From Lytechinus pictus (Eukaryota): a DNA stretch of 64,000 nt. The stretch's first letter is position 1. Every line of letters starts with the position of its first letter. The notes under the pieces were generated by a model that was not told the DNA's origin, ran no database searches, and saw only the letters and a program-made list of their open reading frames with translations. Location of the stretch: positions 21,268,001 to 21,332,000 of the forward strand of contig NC_087251.1 of assembly GCF_037042905.1 (NCBI RefSeq), written 5' to 3'. Shown here in pieces: positions 39,125 to 52,000 of the stretch. The translations under genes and the position numbers were made by a program.

Positions 39125-41286
39125 GGCTTGTTATGATCGTCTGTGTTCGCGGAGCGGGGATGGCCGCACCCTTTAGAGAAAACCGGGGGGAGTTTTTCTG
39201 GAAAGGGTGGGTTGAGGGAGGGGAGTCACATAAACGCACCTTTCGGGACAACCGGGGGAGCTTTTCACGAAAGGCTGTGTTTAATAGTTTTCTGAACCAG
39301 TCGTTCCTATGAAAATTATTCATAACAAAATAACAACAATACAAACCCCTCAAAAAAAGTTTGGAAATCTAAGTTTGGCCATTAATTTCCCCCAACTACC
39401 AATTTCACAAAATGCATATTTCATATCATTCAAAAGATCATTTAATTCTCTTAAAATGATACCATGCTTGCTTTGATCATGCCATCACGAAAAGAGCAGG
39501 ATTCAAAAGTGTTGGATGAGGTCTGAATTTAAAAGCTGCAAAACGAGCAGAAATAGTCATGAAGGGTCAATAAAGAACATGATTCTTTTGTCTGTGTCAA
39601 TAGAGATGAAAATCCATTCAAATCAAGCCCCTGCTTCTTCATTTTTGATGTTTTGTTATGGTTTACGTAGTGATCCTTCTGTGAGATAACATGGTTTGAG
39701 GCGTGGTTTGAAATACCCATGCATGTTAGTTTGTTTGTGTTTGCTTGTGGCGAGGTGTGTTTGATTCCATGTTAATGTTGATGTTATGGTGCATGAAACA
39801 AAAGATATTGCTGATAAACTCATTCATCAACGCGGAAAAAAAGAACAGTGACTTTCAATATTGTGTAATTCTGCAACTTTTGAATTTTGAACTTGCCCCA
39901 CATTTCAAGGCTATGCACCTCCATGTGAACCATAATCATATCATGTAGGGTATCAGTCCTTCACGTTTTTTAAATTTTCGTGGAGCTCAATAAATTGCTC
40001 TCCTTATTTTTTTGAGGAGCTCAATTGAGCTCCTCAGAATCGCTCTCCTTGAGGAGCTCAAATCAATTCAACACAATACATGTATGATAAATTGTAGATT
40101 TTTTCTTTACATCGTATATGCAATAGCTGTGTAGCTATTAATTAATCTGTGGTGAAACTAGGCCTGGGTCAATACGTTTACAAAACGTCACGCTCCTGCT
40201 AAAAAAAAAAAAAAAAAAAAAAATTATTTTGATTTACTATCAGAAAAATAAAGAATATTCACCTCTTTCCCGACTCTGATTTGAACTTGCACTCTGTAAA
40301 TATTGTAGTCCCACATGTAGACTTTCATGGTGTTGCCATGAAAATCTACATATGGGACTACAATATTTACCGAGTTTAAATTCAAAACAGAGTCGGGTCC
40401 GTGTCGACATGTCGGAAACACTGAAAATATAACTCGCTCTCAGTGTTTACAACGTGTACACGACCGAAAAACACGCCGTGTACAAGTGCATCAAAAACGG
40501 ACTTTCAAAACGGGCCTAATATTACTGAAGTAATTCTAGTGTAGTGAAACATATCAGTGGCGTAATGAGCCAAAATATTTGAGGGGGCTGAATATGGCAT
40601 ATTGGGCAAAATTAAAAGAAAAGTTGTGAGCGTGCAAAAATGTTGACATTTTTATCTTTAAAAAGAAATCAAATTACATGTATGGCATCATATTCAGAAA
40701 AAATATATTTCACAATTTTCTCTTTCCCTTTCTTTTTTTTTCTTGGTCGTGATTTTTTTGTTGGGGGGGGGGAAGAGCCCGAAGTCCCCCCCATCTGAAC
40801 ACCACTGAAGCAATTACTTTGAAACTGGCTTTCCTTCGCAAGCTGCTAGCTAGCACTAATATTATACATGTAGTTACCATGGTACGGCAAAACCTGGTTG
40901 ACGCGTGCACCGCCAAGACTATTGAAATTAAATAAGCCTAAATAAAAATGCACAAAATTTGTGTTTTTTCCTTCTTTCCTTCCTTTTTTAAACCAAATGT
41001 CCGAAGTGTTCCAATGATGACACACATGGACCAGCACACACCCCCACACACAACATCACCTCATATATGGCCTCCATACCCTTGCACAAATTTACAGAGA
41101 CACACAAATAAACAACTGGTACAAGAGACTACTAAGCACTGCCTTTCGTGAAAAGCTCCCCTGGTTGTCTCGAAAATGTGCATTATTTTGACTCCCCTAT
41201 CTCAACCCGGCCTTTTGAGAAAAGCTCTCCCAGTTTTCTCGAAAGGGTGCGGCCACCCCCGCTCACGCAGACGATCGTAACAAGCT
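39125..41286. mobile_element. Mutator-like (MULE) non-autonomous element with ~180 bp diverged TIRs and 9-bp TSD
   Basis: 39125-39305 is an imperfect reverse complement of 41112-41286. GCAAAATAC at 39116-39124 and 41287-41295. Confidence 0.8.
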
Positions 41287-42966
41287 GCAAAATACTAAGG
41301 TGATCCAATGTTAACTTCTAACATCATGCGCAGCAGGTCCAATTTCAGAAAAACACATTTCAAAATTCATATTTACAATACATTGACGTGAGCTGTAATA
41401 ATTAAACCAAAAGTTCGGTTTCTGTTATATTGGTTGTTCCGCTGAACTCCGTTGGCTCCACTCACCAAAGGCAATTACGAGAAATAAAAAAATAATTAAA
41501 TGTTTAAAAAACTCCTCGAAACAGACGGCTGCCAGCTATGTAATAATTAGCTGTTAATTACATGTACTAAGTCATGTTAAGGAAAAATAAAGGTATTTTA
41601 GACGTAAAACTTTTTCATTATTTACAGAATGGTAATAGGCCTACCTAACGTTTTATATCAACAAATATTTTTTTGACCATTTTTACCCTGTTCACAAAAT
41701 TATTTGGACCACCTTGTCCTTGACATAGCCTAACTAAACTCACTCACACTAGTAGAGGTTAGTATATAATACTATATATACTAACCTCGTACACCGAACC
41801 GTGTTTGACCCTTGATTTCGAAGTAGTCGGCAAACATCGCTTCATTGCTGAAGTAATATTTGCCGAAACTCCTTCTCGCTACTCACCGGGGCTCTTTCCG
41901 GTAAGTAGCAATACATTAAAAAATTAAAAATGTAATTTGAATATAATAATCGGTCAAAAAGAGCAAATTTCGCTTACCTCGGCCTGGAAAGTAACTTCGC
42001 TTGTCTCTTCTACGGAAATACAAGGAGGCCCGTTGGTGGCGCTAATAAATTTCACAACCTTGATTCAGCTCCTCGGTAATTTTATAACTGTGTCTAAATT
42101 CTTTGAATGCGCAATTCTTATGATTAATTTACTAATTATGGGCACCAATAAATGAAATACCTTCAAACGTGTCAAAAACATAATTCAAGATTATTATTGG
42201 CGATGATAACACTTTTCTGCAATTAATTTAAAACGATGACTAATAAAGAAAAATTGAAAAAAATATACGTGCCTGGAACGAAACCAGCAGTACAGGCTTT
42301 AACGAACATCAATAATACGGTATACCAAAGTCTTTACAATGAAAAGATTGGACACTTCACGGACTTTGCGTAATGACCTGCGTCAATTTGCGTGTAAAAT
42401 AGTGTAGGTGCCTAGTCTTTCCCTTGTCGTGTCTTTGATATGAATATAAATCGCGCGCCCTCTTTAGACGAAAATTGATATCGGCGCTGACCAAATTTTA
42501 TCTCCGTGAAATCTTCACTAAAGATCAAGAAAATATACATATTTTTTAGAAGAAACTTCAAGAAGTCACGGAAGGATCTAAATGATTGGGTAAGTGTCAT
42601 ACTCATAGCAGAATGTGAAATCCCTAAATTATGTGTGATGTTTTATGTAGGCGAAAGCCCAGTAGTATATGGATGTGTCGTGTGTGTTGCGTTATTATGA
42701 ATGATATTCCTTCGCACGCGAGATGATATGACTTAATGAGCCCATGGGTGAAGTTGAGTCACCATGAACTAAACTTAGAGTTAGAGTTAGACTTAGTTAG
42801 ATGTTAAGATTTATTTTACTACTTTTGTCTTTTTTACTGGGGCCAGATCTGTCTCATGACTTCAAATTCAGCACTACAATTTTCGTTTTGTAATAGTAGA
42901 TCAAACGTTAGATTTATTTAGAGTTCTATATTAAAGTTACTGTTACTGTAGTGTTACTGTTAGATC

Positions 42967-45044
42967 GGCGCTAGTGTAGTTTCGCACCTCCCCGTTTAAT
43001 GGTTTTCAAACATGTACAATCTCACCCTAAATAATTCACAACCTAAAATACTTGCATCTGAGCCTCCAATGTCCAGTAGAAGTTGAATATTTGCCGTTTT
43101 GACACTTTTTTTTACAAAGTTTTACACCTATTTCGGAATCACTCGGTCGCTTGAAGCTCAGCGCTGCACATAAGCAGTCGGTACGCGTACAGTACGTACC
43201 ACCTAGTGAAGTGCAAGAAGAGCGAGTTTTTCTATGGTATCTTCAAAAAGATTTTTTTCCCCTCTTTCAGCTTGCACCAAGTATTACGGTAGTGGTTGTG
43301 CAGAGTGGTTGAAGGAAAGTTCTCTGACCTAGAGTTCAAAACAAGGCTCTACATTATTATTTCTTATTTCATCGCTAAATCTACGTGTATTCACATTTTT
43401 CACATTTCTTATTTCATTCAAAAAAATCACACACAGGCACACCCCACACACATACCTTCACACAACAAACATCAACCACTCTGCACAACCACTACCATAA
43501 TACTTGGTGCAAGCTGAAAGAGGGGAAAAAAATCTTTTTGAAGATACCATAGAAAAACTCGCTCTTCTTGCACTTCACTCGGTGGTACGTACCAACTAAC
43601 GTAGAGGGCAGCAACACACAAGCGTGTTGCTCTAAGGAAGGTCAACTCCGCTCGAATTTTGTGACCACTTTAAAAAATAAGGTGGGGTTTTGGGAAATTT
43701 GTCGAGTTGATTTCTTTTCATTTGTTAATTTCAAATATTTTTTAATGAACAATTATTAGATCGGTTATTCTGGGTATAAATATTAAAAATATTACTTTCA
43801 TTTTTAAAGAAAATATTTAGCTTAAATAATCATGATTTTGACATTTTTCTTCATTTTGGAATATTAAGCCTGTGACGAGGATACCTCATATCTCTTATTT
43901 TCTTCTGCTGAATTTCGCTGCACCACTAATAAATGCATAGACAACTACCGTAATAATCGAGGTCATTTTTCTGGGCCGGTCGCGCAGCTAGCTAGTGACG
44001 TTGATGATGCGCTGGGGCTTCAGGCGACTCGTCATAGATCTAGCAACTTAGACAATGACGTCTAATTTGCCTGGCCTGATTTGAAGTGTAATGGCTTCAG
44101 GGCTGATGTTTATCAACGATGATTGTTCAAGGTTAGATTTCAAATTTTAAATGTCATTTGACTTTTAAGTCTATAAATCTGAAATAAAGGCGCTGTATCC
44201 CCGAAATCCGGGTCTAAATTTCAACTCTGAGTCCGAGACCATGGCATGGACGGCGAAAAAACAACCCATGCATCGGATGCATTGCATTGGCTGCGCGCTG
44301 CGCTGCAGCTGCACTGTGATGATGGGTTCAGCGAAGAGCTCAGAGAAAATAAGGTGGTTATATTCAATCCCGAAATGCTTTGCGAGTGGTCACAAAATCG
44401 TCTCGACGCAAATCACCTAATACAGCCGTCTGGTGAAATCGCTGATAACAACAATCACCGATTTGGTAATGATTTTAGTTTCCTGAAACTTATATTTGTA
44501 AAGTTTTAAATATCAAAGTATGTTTTTATATGTATGTGTATTCCTCAACATATTTTTTAAGTTATCTTTGATATTGTTGTAGTCATATTCTTTCATATTC
44601 GTTTTTTGATCGCTACTAATTTGTTGTTGTATTGGATCGGCATTTGATTTCTTCTTCTTCTTCTTCTTCTTCTTCCGGGTGTAGTACGGCAAATATTTCG
44701 TTGGCATGAACAATAAAATACGCGCGCAGCTCAGCTGCATGCGCGTATCGAGTTGACCTTCCTTATAGCAACACGCTTGTGTGTTGCTGCCCTCTACGTT
44801 CGTTGGTACGTACTGTACGCGTACCGACTGCTTACCGTATGTGCAGCGCTGAGCTTGATCAAGCGACCGAGTGATTCCGAAATAGGTGTAAAACTTTGTA
44901 AAAAAGTGTCAAAACGGCAAATATTCAACTTCTACTGGACTTTGGAGGCTCAGATGCAAGTATTTTAGGTTGTGAATTATTTAGGGTGAGATTGTACATG
45001 TTTGAAAACCATTAAACGGGGAGGTGCGAAACTACACTAGCGCC
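42967..45044. mobile_element. Long-TIR (~290 bp) non-autonomous DNA transposon, GG termini, 8-bp TSD (Merlin- or MULE-like)
   Basis: GTTAGATC|GGCGCTAGTG...CACTAGCGCC|GTTAGATC. Arms are 42967-43648 (with insert) and 44750-45044. Confidence 0.88.
43200..43584. mobile_element. MITE with ~113 bp TIRs and 8-bp TSD GTACGTAC (hAT- or P-like)
   Basis: CACC...GGTG termini. TSD at 43192-43199 and 43585-43592. The empty site is visible in the opposite arm at ~44806. Confidence 0.92.
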
Positions 45045-45172
45045 GTTAGATCTAAATTCATTCAGTTCAAATCATACATGTACAACCAATAACAACGATG
45101 TCTACGCGTGGGACTTAACAAACATGACAAAACATAGCCCCCCACCAAGTTGAATTTTAAGACTCGCCTCAC

Positions 45173-45323
45173 CTTTTCTGAACTTTTCATGAGTAGAACT
45201 TGCACAATATGCTTTCAAACAATGATCCACACCTCTTCTTCTTTCAAGGCTACAAAATCGATGCAATTTCGTTACATTTCTAGTCAAAAGTAGAGCACTC
45301 GTTCTGACGGCCGCAGAAAACAT
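45173..45323 (-). CDS. MRPS18A: MRPS18A coding exon 1 (mitochondrial presequence, MFSAAVRTSALLLTRN...KFRK)
   Basis: ATG at 45323 and donor AAAG|gtgagg. Phase 1 gives FRK-V-TEE (human FRE-V-VET, recalled). Basic and acid-poor. Confidence 0.85.
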
Positions 45324-45490
45324 GATGATGCCAGCTAGCAGCTTTAATTTGCGGCAGTCACGCTCTGCCGCGCCTCCACGTCCACCACACCGGCCGCCGC
45401 GCGCGCCCCGTGTAGCAAGCCCACGCGTGGTATAGCCGCATTGGGCATGCAGGCATGGCAGCGCAGGTACTGGGAGGGGGGGGGGGGGGT
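45324..45490 (-). promoter_or_regulatory. GC/CpG-rich putative MRPS18A promoter / 5' UTR
   Basis: Sharp GC/CpG peak immediately upstream of the start codon. Confidence 0.55.
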
Positions 45491-47109
45491 CATCTGTTGA
45501 CGCAAGCAGGTTTTTTTAATCATTTTTATTTTTGCGAGAGGGGGAGGGGGGTCATACCCTTATAGGTCTATGCAGGTAATTACATTGTTTGTAGTCATAT
45601 ACATGTATAGTCAAACCATGCAGACAAATATTTTCTTTTGTTAGCAATGCCATTAAAATTAAGAGAGTTCACCCAAAATTAGCATACCGGTATATAGGCC
45701 TACAAGAATTAGAGCAAAAATTTTGATTTCGTGAATAAAAACAATTATTTCGTATAAAATAAAAAATAACTTTGATCAAAAACCAATCAAAGCATCCTTG
45801 AATATAGGGCTAATATACACTGGTGTGAAAGTGTGTTTGTGAGAGTGTGGGTGCGTGCAGTACTGGGTGCGTGTGTGTTGGAGTCATATCCTTGTGAAAG
45901 TGGGGGTTAATTTGTACAAGAAAATATAGGCATAACCTACGCTTCATGTTAAATGAACGATGGGGTACTGATGACAATGACCCAGAAAAATCAATGCTCT
46001 TAATAAAACAAAGAGGCAAGTAGGACAGCAATATTTCCCACACACTTTAACACTTTGAATTACATTAATTAAAATAGTAATCAAACATGATTTTTTTTTC
46101 GCAAATGAATTTTGCTCAAAATTTTGAATTTTTGCATTGTTTCTTAATATATTTTTTAATATTAAAATATTACATTTTTTCAATATTCCTTCTTTTTTTT
46201 CATTTGCATCATTGTGCTCATATCCACCTTTTTGGGGGAAAGTAATATTGTGGTCCGTCTAGTCGGTGATGGCCTATTATCATTTATTAATTTCACCCTT
46301 ATTCCGATAATCATGATCCAATTTTTTTTTGTCATTCTCACTTTACCTTGCATAGTTGAACCATTAATTGAGCGAATGAACAAACTCTGGACTGTTATTT
46401 GCTCTTTATATTTCTTCCTTTTCTTCTAAAGTTTTACGTTTATTGGTTATATACCCTTATCATCCTCTGTAATGCTTATATTTACACGACTGAACCAACT
46501 TTTTCAAGGCTCGCTCATATTGATATTAACTGTAATTCATTACTTCATATCCGATATGACAACAAATCCATTACAACTTAACAATCGAAAAAAAAAATGA
46601 GAAGCCTTTAGCTGAATGATGGTAGTATTATGTACACGTTTGTCGTCCTTGGTGTGGGGTGTTCCCAAAATTTTGAATTTTCAAGTCAATTTATTGCTAT
46701 CACTAGAGGAAATTGTCTGAATATATATATAACTCCCCTGTCTTTGACTAATATACAGATTAGACCCCTGCAAGTATTATTTGCATAAGTCATGTGTAAA
46801 GAGAAAATCGTTGATCACTTTCTTGACTTCTCTATCTCCACAAGTTATTATCAAACTCTTCATTTTATTGTTGCCTATACATAGTGCTACGAAACAATGT
46901 GTTTTAATAAAGAGTTTCAGTGTTTCATAAATGTTTATATTATAACCTTCACCCACTCCGTCACTTTATTCATCAAGGGGAACAATATTGGTGCCCCCCC
47001 CCCCCCCATTATGAATACCGATCGACACTGACATATGTCGTCATTGTTTTCATTTCAGATTTTTAAACACCAATTTTCACTTTGAAAAATTGAAAGATTG
47101 AAAAAAAAA

Positions 47110-47412
47110 TAATAATCTGAATGGCCGTTATTCTACGGTGGGGCTAGCCCAGTAGCCTCATCATTCACAGGACAGCTTCTCCCAGACCGTCAGAAATTAA
47201 CTAGAATCTTAAAAATACTTAACATAACAAAAACTAATCTGTCTGAGGGTCTCATTTTCTCCTACAGTCTAAGGGACCAGCGCAGTAGGCTCATCATTCA
47301 CAGGACACCATCTCCAAGACAGAAATTAACTACATAACTACTAGGCGTTCCGTTCTTCTACAGTTTAAAGGATTAATTAGCCCAGTAGGCTTAGGGCACC
47401 ATCTCCCAGACA
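47110..47412. repeat. Degenerate outlying units of the 124-bp satellite
   Basis: CAGTAGGCTCATCATTCACAGGACACCATCTCC motif occurs 2-3 times. Confidence 0.7.
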
Positions 47413-48314
47413 AAATATCAAATTCAATTCATTTTTCTCAGTATAAAAACAACACCATAAATAGTACAAATATGATAAAAATCAAACAAAAACATAAATA
47501 AAGTATTACACTGAAAGGGTAGCAACCAAAAACAAATTAACCTTTTCTACGGCCGACCCAAATTAAACAGACATAGTATTTTTTTTAAATTAAGGCACAA
47601 AGAAAGGAATTTCCTAACAATCCATACAAACAAACATGCAAAATAATAATTAATTCGAAAATGAATAAGTAGTAATAATACCTCCTAAAAACTTGAAGAA
47701 CACAAATATCCTTAATTTCCTTTGATAAAGCATTCACAATTAATATATGGTCCCTTATAAAAGATTGATTTTTGAAATTATTTGATTATTACTTTAGGTA
47801 CGTTAACGGGATATTCAGGGCTAAAAATAATTAGGGCCTAAATCTAAATAAATAGAGTAAATCTCAATGAGCACAAAATGCTTAAGTTATCAATATCTGA
47901 GACTGATAACAAATAACGAATTTATGAATTATATTCAAGTTTAGCAATATTTTGTGAAAACATGTTATACACGCCTTCATGAATATGCATCAGATGGGCT
48001 GATATAATAGTCCCCATTCCTCGATTGCCCCTTTAACAAGTTATCTGACGAGGTGTTCCATTCTTTCAATTCAATTTAACTTATTATAATATAACCAAAC
48101 TGCACACTATACTGGTCTGATTATATATTACAGATGAAATGGTTAACAATTGCATACATTTTCAAAGATAGATAATTACTGATAATTTTAAATAATGGTA
48201 CATGCTCCTAAAAAAAGTTTATAATCATAAAAACATTCAAATAGAAGATAGTATTACACATATAAAAAAGACAAAAAACGTACACAAATGCACAAAAATC
48301 AGGTGATACTAATT

Positions 48315-49030
48315 TTACATTGCATGTACAGTTGAAGACCCCGGGATATTCCTATACTGGATTGGATCAGCTTGTGGAAGGAAAGTATTCCATATGATCA
48401 ATTTATAAACATAACATTCTAATAATTTTGCCAACACCGGGGTTAGAGATATAGGTCTCAGATCGTTTTTGATAGACACAGGCGGGTTGATTATCGGTAA
48501 TGAGATTACATTCGCTAATTTCCAGATAGGGGGAAATAACCTTCTTTGGGAGAAGAATTGATTATGGGCATACGGGTTCCGTAAGAATGTTAAATTTCTT
48601 TTCTTTTTTTTTTGGTGAGAATCCAGGAAGGTATTCCATCTGGACAAGGTTCCTTCGTTGCATCGATGGATCTCAGTTTTCTGTCTACATCATGATTATA
48701 CAGGTATATGATATACTCATCGGTGGGGGTGATTCTGTTAAGGCTATGATTCAAGAGATTGCAGTAGGTGCAGATCTTTTGACGAGGCAAAGAAGGAGTT
48801 GATCACATGGGCCATGCCGGATTTGTAAATAAAGCATATAACATCTGCCCAGTGAAAAGCTTAACTTCTTCCCATCAGTTATTACGATTATTATCATCTA
48901 ATTGACGTTGGTAGAACTGTTTTTCATACGGTTCACTTTATCCCCCCAAAAAAACTTATAAAGAATATTATGATTGTTTGTAATGCACGTTGACGCTTGG
49001 AAATCACTTTACGAACCTTAATTCATGGTT
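48315..49030 (-). mobile_element. LINE reverse transcriptase fragment (CR1/L2-group)
   Basis: CPDGIPSWIL, WKLANVI.LP, DLRPISLTPVLAKLLE and QY...PGSSTVHA motifs, frameshifted. Confidence 0.85.
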
Positions 49031-49064
49031 GCTGAATTCCCACTCCTGTCAAAATCTTGAAAGG

Positions 49065-52000
49065 GAGCTCATTCGCAGGACACCACCTCCTGGACAGAAG
49101 TTACAAATACTTACTTTAAAAAAATCTCGGCGTTCCATTCTTCTACAGTTTTAGAGGCTAACATAGTAGATTCATCATTCACAGGACACCATATCACAGA
49201 CAAAAATTAACTACATTCTTACAAATACTTCAAGTTAAAAAAAAATCATAATGATCTGACTGGGCGTTCCGTTCTCTTACTGTTAAAGAGGTAAGACTAA
49301 GATGCTCGTCATTCACAGGACATCATTTCTCAGACAGAAATGAACTACGTTCTTACAAATACTTAAAACAAGTTTACCTCCCCCCCCCCCCCCCCCCCCA
49401 TCAAAGTGTGGATTTGAATGAAAACGAGACAAATCCAACAAGCATAACGCTGAAAAAAAAATCATCAACGTCCGGTGTAAAATAAGTTATGACATTTTGA
49501 AGTTTCACATAATTTCATAAAACAGTTATGTGCACAACCTGGTGGGTATGCCAACGATGGGACTGATGACACCATCTTCTTACTATATTCTTTCAAATAA
49601 TTAACATAAAAAATAATCTGACTATGACTTTCCATCTATCTACAGTTTGAAGGGGCAAGCCCAGTAGGCACATAATTCACAGGACACCGTCTCCTAGACA
49701 AAAGTTAACTACATTCTTACAATTTTGTAGCATGACAAAATTATATGACTGGGCGTTCCGTCTCCTACACTTTAAGGGGCAAACTCAGTAGGCTCATCAT
49801 TCAAAGGACACCATCTTCCAAACAGAAATAAACTACATTCTTTCAAATACTTAACATGAAATAATTATCTGACTGGGCGTTCTGTTCTCCTATAGTTTAA
49901 GGGGCAAGGCCAGTAGGCTCATCATTCACAGGACACCATCTCCCAGACAGAAATAAACTACATTTTTACAAATACTCAATATGAAATAATAATCTGACTG
50001 TGCGTTCCGTTCTCCAACAGTTTAAGGGGCAAGCCCAGTAGGCTCATCATTCACAGGCCACCATCTCCCAGACAGAAATAACTACATTTTTACAAATACT
50101 CAATATAAAATAATAATATGACTCGGCGTTCCGTTCTCCTACAGTTTAAGGGGCAAGCCCAGTAGCCACATCATTCACAGGACACCATCTCCCAGACAGA
50201 AATAACTACATTTTTACAAATACTCAATATAAAATAATCTGACTGGGCGTTCCGTTCTCCTACAGTTTAAGGGGCAAGCCCAGTAGGCTCATCATTCACA
50301 GGACACCATCTCCCAGACAGAAATAAACTACAATTTTACAAATACTCAATATAAAATAATAATCTGACTGCGCGTTCCGTTCTCGTATAGTTTAAGGGGC
50401 AAGCCCAGTAGGCTCATCATTCACAGGACACCATCTCCCAGACAGAAATAAACTACATTTTTACAAATACTCAATATAAAATAATAATCTGACTGGGCGT
50501 TCCGTTCTCCTACAGTTTAAGGGGCAAGCCCAGTAGGCTCATCATTCACAGGACACCATCTCCCAGACAGAAATAACTACATTTTTACAAATACTCAATA
50601 TAAAATAATAATATGACTGGGCGTTCCGTTCTCCTACAGTTTAAGGGGCAAGCCCAGTAGGCTCATCATTCACAGGACACCATTACCCAGACAGAAATAA
50701 AGTACATTTTTACAAATACTCAATATAAAATAATAATCTGACTGGGCGTTCCGTTCTCCTACAGTTTAAGGGGCAAGCCCAGTAGGCTCATCATTCACAG
50801 GACACCATCTCCCAGACAGAAATAAACTAAAATTTTACAAATACTCAATATAAAATAATAATCTGACTGCGCGTTCCGTTCTCGTATAGTTTAAGGGGCA
50901 AGCCCAGTAGGCTCATCATTCACAGGACACCATCTCCCAGACAGAAATAAAGTACATTTTTACAAATACTCAATATAAAAAAATAATCTGACTGGGCGTT
51001 CCGTTCTCCTACAGTTTAAGGGGCAAGTCCAGTAGGCACATCATTCATAGAACACCATCTCCCAGACAGAAATAACTACATTTTTACAAATACTCAATAT
51101 AAAATAATAATATGACTGGGCGTTCCGTTCTCCTACAGTTTAAGGGGCAAGCCCTGTAGGCTCATCATTCACAGGACACCATCTCCCAGACAGAAATAAA
51201 CTACAATTTTACAAATACTCAATATAAAATAATAATCTGACTGCGCGTTCCGTTCTCGTATAGTTTAAGGGGCAAGCCCAGTAGGCTCATCATTCACAGG
51301 ACACCATCTCACAGACAGAAATAAACTACATTTTCACAAATACTCAACATAAAATATTTATATGACTGGGCGTTCCGTCTCCTACACTTTAAGGGGCAAA
51401 CTCAGTAGGCTCATCATTCAAAGGACACCATCTTCCAAACAGAAATAAACTACATTCTTTCAAATACTTAACATGAAATAATTATCTGCCTGGGCGTTCT
51501 GTTCTCCTATAGTTTAAGGGGCAAGGCCAGTAGGCTCATCATTCACAGGACACCATCTCCCAGACAGAAATAAACTACATTTTTACAAATACTCAATATG
51601 AAATAATAATTTGACTGTGCGTTCCGTTCTCCTACAGTTTAAGGGGCAAGCCCAGTAGGCTCATCATTCACAGGACACCATCTCCCAGACAGAAATAACT
51701 ACATTTTTACAAATACTCAATATAAAATAATAATATGACTCGGCGTTCCGTTCTCCTACAGTTTAAGGGGCAAGCCCAGTAGCCATATCATTCACAGGAC
51801 ACCATCTCCCAGACAGAAATAACTACATTTTTACAAATACTCTATATAAAATAATAATCTGACTGCGCGTTCCGTTCTCGTATAGTTTAAGGGACAAGCC
51901 CAGTAGGCTCATCATTCACAGGACACCATCTCCCAGACAGAAATAAAGTACATTTTTACAAATACTCAATATAAAAAAATAATCTGACTGGGCGTTCCGT

